Source of the DNA: Eledone cirrhosa
Lineage: Eukaryota
Length of the DNA stretch: 64,000 nucleotides
Assembly (NCBI GenBank): GCA_964016885.1
Contig: OZ024741.1
Coordinates: forward strand, 327,112,001 to 327,176,000
Direction: 5' to 3'
The position numbers were made by a program, and so were the translations under genes. Shown piece after piece: positions 33,644 through 47,974 of the stretch; within the stretch, counting starts at the first letter, position 1; each line of letters opens with the position of its first letter. Below the pieces are notes generated by a model. The model did no database searches. It was not told the origin of the DNA and saw only the letters and a program-made list of their open reading frames with translations.

Positions 33644-34356
33644 ATAGAAAGATTTGAATGGATACAGTTTAGTTGAAAGGAATTTATTGACACGTGTTTC
33701 TATAACAGTTACATAACCTAAAACAGCTATCTACAAACTTTTAGTTATGCAGACATTCAATATTTCAATGTTATTATTTACTGTCATTTCATCAGAATAA
33801 TATTACTGAGGACCTATTTAGTTTTTATAGAGAATATTAGGAGGGAGGGGTGAAGTTGTTAGAAGAATAGTTGAAGGAGTGGTTTTTCGATAGCAGTGAG
33901 AATTCTTGGTGGCAGTGAGTAATTAGATTCCCATCTGTTGTTTTGACATTTTTTATAGAATATATTATTGGTTATTTTTCTAAATCTATAGAAGGATTAG
34001 AGATAGTAAAGATATGCGTGGTTGGTTTTGTGTTTGCACTTAATTAACATTCAGACTTAAATTTTTCTTTCAAGTGTACGTATCCTTTCACCCACGCATT
34101 CACACACAAATATATTTGCACACCTCTACAAAATACATATACTCACAATTCACATATTCATACTTACATATATATACACATGCATACACATATATATACA
34201 CACATGTATTCATGTACATACATACGCGCTCATGTGTATACATTTTCGTACTCAACTTATCTTTATATACACACGTATAGACACACACATATATACATAC
34301 ATACTCTAGTCCATGTGTACACACATACACATACATACACATCCATATACACATAT

Positions 34357-34429
<73 letters not shown>

Positions 34430-35304
34430 TACACATATATACATATACACACACATACATATATATATATATATAAGCACTTTAATACATGAATACACTT
34501 ACATCTAACTATACACATCAAACATATATATATATATTTACTTATTTATATACATTTTCACATATATATACATACTTATGGACGTTTTTAGACACATTCA
34601 TTATCGCATATTTGTACCTATTCTCATCAGCATATCTTTTCATTATTAGTATGGTAATTTAAGGTTATTAATATATGTTGAGAAGAGATTGTTTTTATAT
34701 TTTTCTAACTAGATTAAGGTTTATATAGTTGGGGGATGTCCCTCTTTTATGTAATATTCGGCTTGTAGTGGGAAAAAAGGGTTTTAGTTCTGTGACGGCA
34801 GAATAATGTTCGTTCAATTCTGTTATTCGGCAGTTTCTTCTTGTGTGTGATTATGTAATAAATCTCAAGATTACACAATTTGCAGAAATTTTGGCTCCTG
34901 GAAAAGCTTTGGGTTTTAGCTAATTTTTCCCATTTTAGGGTAAACTTTTGATTGCTATCCCTGAGCGTCCAAGCTTTTTCTGCTAAAGTTGTTACATTTC
35001 TTTGGCTCTGGTGTTTTATTGAGTAAGAATGCCTATACAATCGAGATTTAAACGATGTTGCCGTTGATCCCACGTAATACCACTCGTTGCCTCCGGATTT
35101 AATGGTACACTTATAAATAATATTTTTTTCCAGGCAGTTATTGCCGAGGGGGCAGTTGTCAGGATAGGTGCAGTAAATAATAACATTGAAATATTGAATG
35201 TCTGCATAACTAAAAGTTTGTAGATAGCTGTTTTAGGTTATGTAACTGTTATAGAAACACGTGTCAATACATTCCTTTCAACTAAACTGTATCCATTCAA
35301 ATCT

Positions 35305-35310
<6 letters not shown>
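33644..35310 (-). mobile_element. 5'-truncated Penelope-like element (GIY-YIG end + 3' pLTR) with an inverted partial pLTR at 35171-35310
   Basis: Minus strand reads CPLGNNCLEKNIIYKC..YYVGSTATSFKSRLYRH..CKLCNLE..CRH; 33644-33783 is the reverse complement of 35171-35310. Confidence 0.88.
33684..33800 (-). ncRNA. Type I hammerhead ribozyme with an expanded stem II
   Basis: TTATT-CTGATGA-A-ATGACAGT...(~70 nt)...ACTGTTAT-A-GAAAC-ACGT-GTC-AATAA. Confidence 0.7.
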
Positions 35311-35343
<33 letters not shown>

Positions 35344-35714
35344 CACACACATATATATATATATATATACATACATATATATATACTTATATATATGTAT
35401 ATATACATATATATATAGATACATCTACATATATATGTGTGTGTGTGTGTGTTTATATACATGCATATACACATATAACAGAGAGGTTTTATATATTTAT
35501 GATTGCTAGTTTCTTTAGACGTATAATTATTTTCTATTTTTACAATTTTCTTTTCATAAGTCTGGTTGAAAATGGAGCATATCGGCTTCATAAAACTGTT
35601 GTCACCTAACGGTGCACGTTATGTGCGGTCTTTTTGTCAGCAGAATTTTCAACGAAGCTGCTTTAAAACATTCGTGTATAATTTGTACTGAATTTATTAA
35701 TGCGCCGGATTAAG

Positions 35715-35905
35715 GGCGGTGGATTGGCTGTATCAGTAGAGAGTCGGACACCAAGCTTTGACGCATAGAGTTACGGCCCTTTCCATTCTGAGTTCAAACC
35801 CCGCCGAGGTCAACTTTGGCTTTCATCCTTACGGGTCGATAAAATAAAGTACCAGTAATGTACTGGATATTTGCTGGCCTTGTGCCAACGGTAGAAACAA
35901 TTATT
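35715..35905 (+). mobile_element. tRNA-derived SINE (internally shorter subfamily)
   Basis: A-box-like TGGCTGTATCAG, B-box GAGTTCAAACCC, core GAGGTCAACTTTGGCTTTCATCC..GTCGATAAAATAAAGTACCAG, tail GCCTTGTGCC..TAGAAACAATTATT. Confidence 0.85.
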
Positions 35906-36809
35906 GCGCCGGATGTCCAGATATAATACACCCGGCCAGTGGGTGATGGCACGCTGTTCGTATGTCACGTTTGATGACATATATAACATGAGAGAGTAGA
36001 ATGTGAAAGAAAGAGAATTGACACATGGTTTGAAGGCGCATTATATATAATGAGAGTATCGGGAGGCTATACGTGAGCGAGATTGGCAGTGATGAACACA
36101 CATTATATTATGTTAATACTGTACACGTTTACAAACACACAAGCACATATATGAAAGCATAGATACATATATATGCACACACATATGCACAGATGTACCG
36201 TCACACATACAATCACACTCTCTCACACACGTTCCCACACAGAGACATACATACAAACATACACACAGTCACACACACGCATAGACATACATTCATATAC
36301 ACACACAACAAAGCAATTTTTACCTGCTGACTGCCCGAATTTACAGTTTTTCATCTATCATCGTTCATTTTGATGCACAGAATATGTATATATGAATATA
36401 TATATTCAATTACTCAATATCTTTCTTTCCTATATTTATATTACTCAGACTTAAACAATATCATGAATCGTTTTAGTCAAAAGCAGGCGTAGTAAACATG
36501 TTTATTCATTATTATTTATTTTCATTTATTCACATCCATTCATACACTTTTATATATTTGCCTATTTTGGGAAACGTTCCTCTCCTAAATTAGAAGTTGT
36601 TCGCTGAAGATTTCTCTATGATCGCACCAAATTTGTAATGATCTTAGTATTAAGTGATTGAATACTGCGTCTTATTCCAGTTGAAATTGAATTTTAAAAA
36701 ATTACCCATAGAAGATGACTTCATACCATGGATTAAAAATCCTAAAACACCTTTTTGTAATACTTGACTATTTAAATATATAATTCCGTAACCAGTATAG
36801 AAAATAATT

Positions 36810-37137
36810 GATATTACGGACATGCGGTTAGAACGTCTCAAGAAAGATCGCTGGAAAGATTTTACGAACAAAACGAACCGGCAGGAGACCCAGGTGTAGA
36901 CACCGAGCAGGATGGCTGGATCTCGCTTGGGGATCCAGCTTAGAGATGTTTGGAGATGTTTGCTTCTGCCCGGACCCGATTAAAGGAGTAATTGAGGACT
37001 CTGTCCCCACGAATCTTATGGAAATAAGCGTGGAAAGAAGAAGAAGAAGAAGAAGAAGAAGAAGAAGAAGAAGAAGAAGAAGAAGAAGAAGAAGAAGAAG
37101 AAGAAGAAGAAGAAGAAGAAGAAGAAGAAGAAGAAGA
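36810..37137 (+). mobile_element. 3' fragment of an RTE-like LINE with (GAA)n tail
   Basis: YGHAVRTSQER and RRPRCRHRAGWLD remnants resemble the RTE C-terminal GH..R / GRP..RW.D motif; GAA run follows. Confidence 0.55.
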
Positions 37138-37175
37138 CCAATTATACATATATCACAACAATGAATAAACAAGTT

Positions 37176-37268
37176 CGCCGGGGTTGATTTTGCCTTTCAT
37201 CCTTACGGGATCGATAAAATAAAGTACTGGGAAATTGCTGGCCTTGTGCCTAAAGTAGAAACAATTAT
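37176..37268 (+). mobile_element. SINE 3' fragment
   Basis: GCCTTTCATCCTTACGGGATCGATAAAATAAAGTAC..GCCTTGTGCCTAAAGTAGAAAC. Confidence 0.75.
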
Positions 37269-37820
37269 ATTGAATTATATGTATATCGATTTCTTCTACA
37301 TATGTCAGATCATGACTGAAAATTATAATTGAACTTCCAAGGAGTCCTCTTGAATTCTGGGGAGTAACAGCCACCATTTCGGTGTCTCCTTCATGCATAC
37401 GAACAAGCAGCTGCTTTTCTAAATATTAAACACGATCGCTTCAAGAGTCTAGATGGTTTAGGAGAAATAAGTTGATTTCAGTCTAGTATTAAAAAGAATA
37501 TCATTCGTTATAATCACGATTGTGTTATAATTTTGCATTTGCTGGCCCTTTAACATGTAATGATAATGATTATTGATTTGTACAAAGAATTATGTTTGGA
37601 GCGATGTGATTTCCCCGATTGATTTACTAATTATTGTCTGGATAATTAAATATCAACAGCTAATCATGTTCTACGATGCTGAAAGTTGATTTTTAACCAG
37701 CGGCATTCAATTCCAAATCAGAACTATACAGCAGGTATGATTGTGTAGATAAAGGTGTAGATTCGCAACCCTGTGGTTCTGGATTCAGTCCCAGATCTCT
37801 CTCTCTCTCACTCTCTCATA

Positions 37821-37944
<124 letters not shown>

Positions 37945-38205
37945 AGATATACATGCATATGTATATTCTTACATATATATATATATATATATAAACCCAT
38001 GCTAGCGTGGAAGATAGACTTTAAACGATGATGATGATGATGATATATATGATATATATAAATTTACATACATATATATAATACATGAGGTTATAACATA
38101 GTACTTCTCTATTTTCTTTGGTAAGATGAACTTTACCGTCTTCTCTCCTAGAGCAAAACAATTATTGGATGATTAACATATCTGGTTATAAAGGGCAGTT
38201 GATAG

Positions 38206-38426
38206 GGCAGTGATTTGGCAGTATCGGTAGAGCGTCAGACACCATGATTTGTAGCATAGTGTTACGGCCCTTTATGACCTGAGTTCAAATTCCGCCGAGG
38301 TTAACTTTGGCTTTCATCCTTACGGGGTCGATAAAATAAAGTACCAGTCACACATTAGGGCCGATTTAATCGAATTTCCTCTCCCCCAAAATTGTTGGCC
38401 TTGCGCCTATATAAGAAACCGTTATT
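38206..38426 (+). mobile_element. Full-length tRNA-derived SINE
   Basis: A box TGGCAGTATCGG, B box GAGTTCAAATTC, conserved central core, tail GCCTTGCGCCTATATAAGAAACC. Confidence 0.88.
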
Positions 38427-39529
38427 TAGGGATGTTTAGATAGCAGAGGATTTACATTTCAAAATTTAAATAAAGCCAGAAATAAGAAATTGTTACTTAT
38501 TCATATAACTCACGCGTTAAAACGTTCGTAGAGATGTATGAACAAAAAATAACTTATACTTGCTTATATTACAATTATGTTTATATATATGTATGCGTTT
38601 GTGTGTGCGTGTCTGATTGCCAGTGTTTATTTTCCGTAAAGTAGTGACTCGACAAAAACAGCATCGCTTAAATGAACACTAACATTGAATAAAATTATGA
38701 ACTGGGCTATATATGTGATTGACTAAATCAAGGCAAAGTTCCAGCATGGCCGCAATTTATTTTACTAAAACCACTTAATTAGGAATAAAACGACATATAG
38801 ACTGTTTTGTTTCTTTATCTAATATACCTTCCTTAATATATAATATTAAATTTCATTTTCATATTTTCAATTTGTTTCCGTTCCAATGGATTATGTACTT
38901 TATATGGATGTATTTGGCTTATAGATAATTTCAAGGTGAAATTCTCGAGTGTTGTAGTTATAATTTCTTCAAAGATTTTCAAAAGCTCCATATACTCTGT
39001 CTAAACACACTTGCATATGTATTTTCTTTCTCATAAAACAAACAATAGTTTAAACTTTAATTTACAAAATCTATCAAGCTAACATAACTAAATTTAATAT
39101 CTAAAATTCTAAAGATAATATTCCAAGAACTTTCGCTTTTCTTTCTCTGTAGCTGATACACAATATGAAGCTATACTACATTACTACCGTATGAAGTCAC
39201 CTATTCAATCTCACTCTTTCGCAAAATGCTTTTTATTATTTTTATTTCAACCTGATTTTCAATAGATTTATAAAAATACAATATATGTTTCAGTGCATTC
39301 ATTTGTTTTCCATTTCGTTAATGTTTCTGTTTACGCTATAATCATTTTAAATATATGTACACCCGGAATACATATTGTGAGAAAATAATACGGCTTTAAG
39401 AAATGCATATTACGAATAGGCAGAACTTGCGTAAAAGAAATGTAATTTAATTACAATATACACGCATTCACATAGACACATAAAGACACACACACATGCG
39501 TGCGCGCATATATATATATATATATGAGG

Positions 39530-39719
<190 letters not shown>

Positions 39720-40339
39720 TAGGTTATGCAAGAATTACTTACGATTATCCTGACTGCAGTAATGGTTAATTACTACACTAGATAGAGTCGACGTACGGTG
39801 AGGGGTAACTCAACGATGTATAAAAGACCAGTTAAAGAAACTTGCTTTTTGATTCTCTTATATTCCGGAGTGTAGATAAAGAATGACTAACAAAACAGAT
39901 AGACATCATAAAAAGGCAATTTAGTCCAGGTGTTTACAAATGTTTCTTTAGTATTTACACAGCCTAGTCATGCTATATGCAAATTAGTAATTATTAATTT
40001 GCAGATACTCAATTTTCATTGCTGCTCGTACTACCAAATCGTCAGAACGAATGGTTGCTTTATGTTTCTTAAAGGGGGTAATTGGGGAAGATAGAGTAGA
40101 AAAGGAAAAGAGAAAGTAAGGGAGACGGAGAGATAAATATGTAGGGGTAGGAGAAATGGGAGAGAGAGCTTTGAAGAATACAGATAGCTTGATCTAAATG
40201 CCATGACAGGGGTCCAACAAGAGGTTTTATTATATTGCTTACTCTCAAAGAGATAACTTAGGCATTGTGTTGATATTATCACGTTTGGAATTATTTATTG
40301 CCACAGATAAAGGACGTGCAAGTCAATCGTTTGGACGTG

Positions 40340-41190
40340 CAAGTCACTCGTTTGGATCAAACAATGAATCATATGGCTTTCGATTATGTAAACACCCACA
40401 CACAAACCCTCATCTCGATGCTTTAGAAGAGGACTTGATGAATATGGTCATGGAGATTAAGTTCAATAAACGTAGGAGGAATGCGCTGCAGAACGACATG
40501 AAAGTACTACTCGGAAGACTGCAAAATACCAAAGGAATAATTGTTAAAACAGATAAGACCTCTAATGTGTATACCTTGAATATCGATACATACAACAGTT
40601 TCATACGTAAGGAACTACATAAGAAATACAGAAAAACTAGTGAAACTGCACTAACGAACATTAATAACGAAGCATATAAAATAGTGAAACATCTCGAGAT
40701 AGACGATAGAACCGAGCCAATTATACCCGTCACCCCCATTTTAACCTGAAGGACCATAAGGTAAATTTTGATTCTAACCCTAAGACTAGACTTATATGCC
40801 CTTCTAAATCAGACATAGGAAAAACTAACAAGCATATACTAGACAGGATCATAACTCAATTGAAAAAGAAAATAGAAATTAAATTATGGGCAACACTAGC
40901 GAATCAAACCGCTGGTTTAATAATGTTAATATCAATAGTAAGTCTAAGTTTATACAATTCGGTATAGTTGAATACTACTCTTCGATCTCACCCAGTACTA
41001 AAGTAAGGCCCTATCGTTTGCCAAGGTCAATTCAGACATAACGGAGGACGAAATTAATATTATTCTAGAGGCTAGGAAAACTATTATCAAATTTGATAAC
41101 TGCTATGGGAGCGTAGGGAGTGACCCACTAACTTCGATATTACCATGGGCTCCAATGATTCGGCGGAGGTCACGGGTCTTGTGGGAATTT
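40340..41190 (+). mobile_element. Penelope-like RT fragment (decayed)
   Basis: YGF, VKTDKTSNVY, LKDHK.NF.SNPKTRLICPSKSDIGK, FDITMGSNDSAEV; same type as the element at 29610-32677. Confidence 0.85.
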
Positions 41191-41294
41191 ACATACCCCA
41201 CATACTACATGAAAAATTCAATAATATATATATATATATATGTGTATTTACATATGTGTGTATATATATATAAATATATATGAATATATATATG

Positions 41295-42642
<1,348 letters not shown>

Positions 42643-42861
42643 CCACACACACAAACCCCAAACTCCAAGCCGTTTCATTTCACATGAAACAAAATTGAAA
42701 ATTGAACAAGGTGTCCTACACGAGTGAAAGTATAGGAAAAGAAGATGAAATCGAAAATGCAACTGGAGTCCTTTTTTTAAAATATATATTTATTTGGTTC
42801 CTTTAACGGTTTCGCAGTTCTTCTGCTTTTCAAAAGTAGAATTGAGATGGAGGGTTTGTGG

Positions 42862-42951
<90 letters not shown>

Positions 42952-42954
<3 letters not shown>

Positions 42955-43067
42955 GGAACCAGTAAGACCCCGGCGGCTGAGCTCAAGCCGTTTCGACGGC
43001 TAATTCTGGACAGAATTAGCCGTCGAAACGGCTTGAGCTCAGCCGTCGGGGTCTTACTGGTTCCTAT
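42952..43067. repeat. Near-perfect palindrome (57-bp arms, 2-nt loop) made of two hammerhead 3' halves
   Basis: One mismatch between arms; right arm carries GAAAC-GGCT(tgagctc)AGCC-GTC. Confidence 0.9.
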
Positions 43068-43144
43068 TACCCACTCTACTACCCTAAGTATTGAGTACTT
43101 TGGTGCGTTATGGTCCTCCTGGTTCCTTACCACATTTCCTTCGT

Positions 43145-43177
<33 letters not shown>

Positions 43178-43528
43178 CGCTGTTAATTTTTATTTTTAAT
43201 AAATGTCCTTTCTTACTGTATGTCGGTGTGTTTTTTTATCGTGAGTGTGTGTGTATATATATGCGTATATGTGTATGTATACTGTGTATATGTATGAGTG
43301 TGCGTATGTGTATATATATATATGTGTGTTTATGTGTATATGTGGTTGACGCGATTATACTTCTATGTGAGACCGTATATGGAGGTAAGCATAGATGCGC
43401 GCATGTAATTGTACGTGTCAGTGCATGTATGTATATTTGTATGAATGTATATCTACATAAAGTTTTTTCCATTATAAGTTGAGATTTTTAATAGAAATCA
43501 ATTTCAAAACTTATATCCAAAACATAAC

Positions 43529-43602
43529 TATTTCACCTGATGAATGAGCCGGACGTTTCTGTAAAGAACGTCTAGTTTCTTGAAACCTTTGGTAATGGAA
43601 TA
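43529..43602 (+). ncRNA. Type I hammerhead ribozyme in a solo pLTR-like remnant
   Basis: TATTTCAC-CTGATGA-[GGACGTTTCT gtaa AGAACGTCT stem]-GAAACC-TTT-GGTA-ATGGAATA. Confidence 0.72.
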
Positions 43603-43853
43603 ATTATATTTTATTGTTTATTACGTAATTAAATAGCTCTGTACTATACATAGAGCACTCTTCTTTCCTTTATCTTTTCTACGGAAATACATAACACACA
43701 CACACATATATATGTATATAAATGTGTGTGTATTGGTGTGTGTTTATGGATGTGTGTATAGAAAAACCATTAAATAATAGCAGCAAATAATCACTCCGCC
43801 GTCGATTAGATCGGTAAAGCGTGCTTTTGACGTTACTAAATAAGTAATCTCTC

Positions 43854-43928
<75 letters not shown>

Positions 43929-44303
43929 ATATATATATATATATATATATTCACACACACAAATACACAAACATATACACACATATGTATATATGGGGAA
44001 AGAGATATTTGAAAATTACATGGAAGTGCTTTAATATGTTATACATACACACCATTAAATTGTGATTTAAATCGGAGAAGACTGAGCAAAAAATGTCGGG
44101 TGATTTGTGAAATAAGTTACTAGCTCAATCAATGCATCATATTGTCTAAATAGAAATCTATTCATGCAAAACTTGCAAAATACGGAATGACTTCAATGCA
44201 TTTGGCGCCATATACGTCCACAAGCACTTGTTTAATTTTGAAAACGTTTAAGTTCTATCCCTGAATGTTTTATTACTTATATATATATGATCAATGTAGA
44301 AGC

Positions 44304-44368
<65 letters not shown>

Positions 44369-44933
44369 AATAACAGATTAAAGTTTAAGCAAAGAATCTC
44401 TGCTTTCACCCTTAACGGGATCTTCTGAAACTAACAAAGTCAATCTGTGAACGCAGAAGTGGATATTTCAAAAAACGTTGCAACCGGAGGTAGACAGGAA
44501 GACGATACTTTGGTTCGTAGAAACGTTCCATGGCAAAGAACGGGAAAAAACGAATATAATACGTCATTAATTAGAGCGGTGAAAAACAATTACACGCAAA
44601 GACAGAACCACGTTTATGGTATAAAAGAAGTCGTAGACTAATATTCTCTTAGGTGGTTCATAGAGATGTTCTCTGGCAATGAACGGAAAAAATGAAGATA
44701 ATACGTCATATGTGGAGCATGGAGTACAATTGCACGCAAGGACAAAACGACGTACATGGTATAACTAAAGTCGTAGACTAAAATGCTAACTAGGAAACCG
44801 AATGATTCTCGGCTTCAGAGTAAGAATAAAGTAAATAAAATACAGAGGTAATTGAAATTAAATAGATACATACACGCATCCATATACGTACATACACAAG
44901 CATACATAGGTATACAATTACAAGCACATATAA

Positions 44934-44969
<36 letters not shown>

Positions 44970-45264
44970 ATACAAATAATTAAATAAACGTATATAAATA
45001 AATAAATACGTATATAACAAGCGCACACACATACCTACATGTAAATACACAAATGTTCGGAGACTACGTCAACCAAAAGACGAAGTACACATAAACACAC
45101 ACCCTACTTACGTACGAACCCGCATACTCACACAGACGCAAAACTCACGTATACACATAGCCAAAAGCATATGTACCAGAATATATAAAATATACGCCAT
45201 AACATATACAATCAGATATACGTACGAGAAAGTCGCTTCAAATATAGCTTTATACAATATGTGT

Positions 45265-45710
45265 AAATATTTCGTATCTCCAAAGAAATGCGGTTTTAGG
45301 AAGCCGTAGCTATGAAAACAGTGGGGGGGGGGGGGGGGCTAACGCCCTCTAGTGATGTCGAGCAGAAGCAAGAGGGACAACCGTCTATGCATTTCAGGCT
45401 TAACTGGCCTTCGTCAGGACGGTCCCTCCTTTTTTATTATAAGTTGAACCAACTTTTGCCGTTTTATATGCAAATGAGATTAATAAACTCATTTACACAG
45501 TCGAGAAAAGTATATTAACTCGCCTGTCTTCTAGTCCAGCAGTCGCAAGCGTTGGGAGGGACCGTCCTGACAAAGGCCAGTTAAGCCTGAAATTCATAGA
45601 CGGTTGTCTCCCTTGATTCTGCTGGACATCACCAGAGGATGATAGCCCCCCGATGTTTGCCTATCAACGGCTTCCTAAAACCGTATTTTCTTGGAGATAC
45701 GAAATATTTA
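45265..45710. mobile_element. Nested fold-back element with ~160 bp arms, each containing a hammerhead motif
   Basis: 45265-45430 pairs with 45553-45710. Confidence 0.8.
45380..45423 (-). ncRNA. Minimal type I hammerhead ribozyme with palindromic stem III
   Basis: ACCGTC-CTGACGA-AGGC(cagttaa)GCCT-GAAA-TGCATA-GACGGT; mirror copy at 45561-45604 has the core mutated to CTGACAA. Confidence 0.85.
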
Positions 45711-45715
45711 TACAT

Positions 45716-45808
<93 letters not shown>

Positions 45809-45972
45809 TAGTAATAATAATGTCTTCCTTCCGGTTGCAACGTTTTTTGAAATATCCACTTCTGCGTTTACAGATTGACTTTGTTAGTTTCAGAAGATCT
45901 CGTTAAGGGTGAAAGCAGCGATTCTTTGCTTAAACTTTAATCTGTTATTTTAATAAATATATATATATATAA

Positions 45973-46143
45973 AAGTGGTTACACAACAGTTAGTTCACCA
46001 TACCGAGAACAATTGTTTCATCTTAGCGGATCCTCAATTCGTAATGGACATGGTTATACGCAACATGTCCATTACGAGCTGAGGATCTGCTAAGGTGAAC
46101 AAATTGTTCTGGGTATAGTGAACCAACTGTTCTGTAACCATTT
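45973..46143. repeat. Fold-back element (~80 bp arms, 11-nt loop) with degenerate hammerheads at 46004-46041 (-) and 46075-46112 (+)
   Basis: Arm consensus CGAG-CTGAGGA-stem-GAAAC-AATT-GTT-CTCG. Confidence 0.75.
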
Positions 46144-46761
46144 CTACCTCATTCGTCCCATGGACTGAGTGCTCTACCAATACGGATATTACCTTCCAGT
46201 GTTCTACCACTATATATATATATATAAATGGAAAAAATGAAATTTCATTTCTCACTCTTAGTACGGCTGATACTTAAATATAAGTATGTATACGTACATA
46301 CATATATGTATACAGACGTACAGTAGTATGTATATACATACATACATACATGCTTACATATATATATATATATGTACCTATGGGTTTACCGAACATTTAT
46401 TATAATACTCGGTTTCTTTGTAAACAAAACAGGCCGAATTATTAGCCGTTCAGTGTTCGGCAACCATCGTTGCCATTTTGTTCAGCACTGACTCGTCGTT
46501 TGGGGTACGCCCGGCCGACTAACTCACTCGATAAATATGTATATGGGTGTATGAGTGTGTGGTCTTGATAAACGGTAACAAGCGAGAAACACACTGTCGG
46601 CCACTCACTAGTACTTTTGCCCAGATCAAGTAAGGGACATAGTCACTACTTTAACATTCATAGCAAATGGTTTCCTAAATATTTTTAATTAAACATATAG
46701 TATATTGCCAAATATACTATACATACATTCATGTATACATCGGTATTTCAGAGCACTAACA

Positions 46762-46830
<69 letters not shown>

Positions 46831-46885
46831 GCGTGCGTGCGTGTGCGTATATCTTTGTGTGCGTATGTGTGTGTGTGCCTCTCTC

Positions 46886-46917
<32 letters not shown>

Positions 46918-46920
46918 AAT

Positions 46921-46963
<43 letters not shown>

Positions 46964-46964
46964 T

Positions 46965-47079
<115 letters not shown>

Positions 47080-47130
47080 CGGGTGTGCGTGCGTATGCGT
47101 ATGTGCTTGTGCGCGCGCATGTGTGTGTGC

Positions 47131-47217
<87 letters not shown>

Positions 47218-47379
47218 AAGAGTAATTGTTCAGCTACAATGGAATCCTATGTCGCAGTATATTTTTTAAGCCAATTAACATGGAAGTCTTTGATTCATTT
47301 GTAACTTAATTAATATTCACAACTGATGAGAAAATATGGATAACAGCGGAGCGCACAATAGTATTAATTTAATTACCAT

Positions 47380-47735
47380 GAGAGTGGTGAGGATATTGAT
47401 AATGATGGTGATGCTAGTGATGCTAGGGAAGGTGGTGACAGTGATGGCAATGATGATGATGATAATAAAGCCGATGATGGTGCCGTTGACAATGGTAGTG
47501 AAGAAGATGATGCTGATGATGATAGTGGTGTTGACGCTGCTGATGATGTCGCTGCTGATGTTGACACTGATGCTGATAATGATGATGAAGTTGATATTGA
47601 TGATATAGTTGATAGTAATAGTAACGTTGATGATGATAGTGTGGATGATGTTGATGATGGTAGTGATGATAATAATAATGACAAGGATGGATATGGTAAT
47701 GATGATGATGACGTTGATGACAGAGTTGATGGAAA
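47380..47735. repeat. Degenerate (GAT)n trinucleotide repeat
   Basis: Direct reading. Confidence 0.85.
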
Positions 47736-47736
47736 T

Positions 47737-47850
47737 AATAATTGTTTCTACGTTTGGCACACGGCCAGCAATTACCCCAGTGCATTACTGGTACTTTATT
47801 TTATCGACCTCGTAAGGATGGAAGGCAAAGTTAACCTCGGCGGGATTTGA
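47737..47850 (-). mobile_element. SINE fragment
   Basis: Matches SINE tail, core and B box. Confidence 0.78.
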
Positions 47851-47974
47851 TGGTAATAATAATGATGATTATGTTGGTGATGATCATGATCACTAGAATT
47901 AATATTATTGTTATTTTTTTCTTTGCTAAATCTGTAACGCTGTATAAGTTTTATGATGCCAGCTCTTCTCTGTC

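Larger units (their letters stand above)
44363..45955. mobile_element. Non-coding element with ~140 bp terminal inverted repeats and an internal 2 x ~142 bp tandem repeat (44513-44790)
   Basis: 44363-44503 is the reverse complement of 45821-45955; both ends abut TA runs; a diverged copy of the left part lies at 54771-55010. Confidence 0.75.

Noticed and set aside
39930-40030. Hammerhead-like remnant (GAAACATTTGTA, minus) upstream of the PLE RT fragment
   Set aside because: CUGANGA core not recognisable; too decayed to call.
47317-47850. Ile/Met/His/Asp-rich ORFs
   Set aside because: Degenerate GAT repeat running into a SINE.
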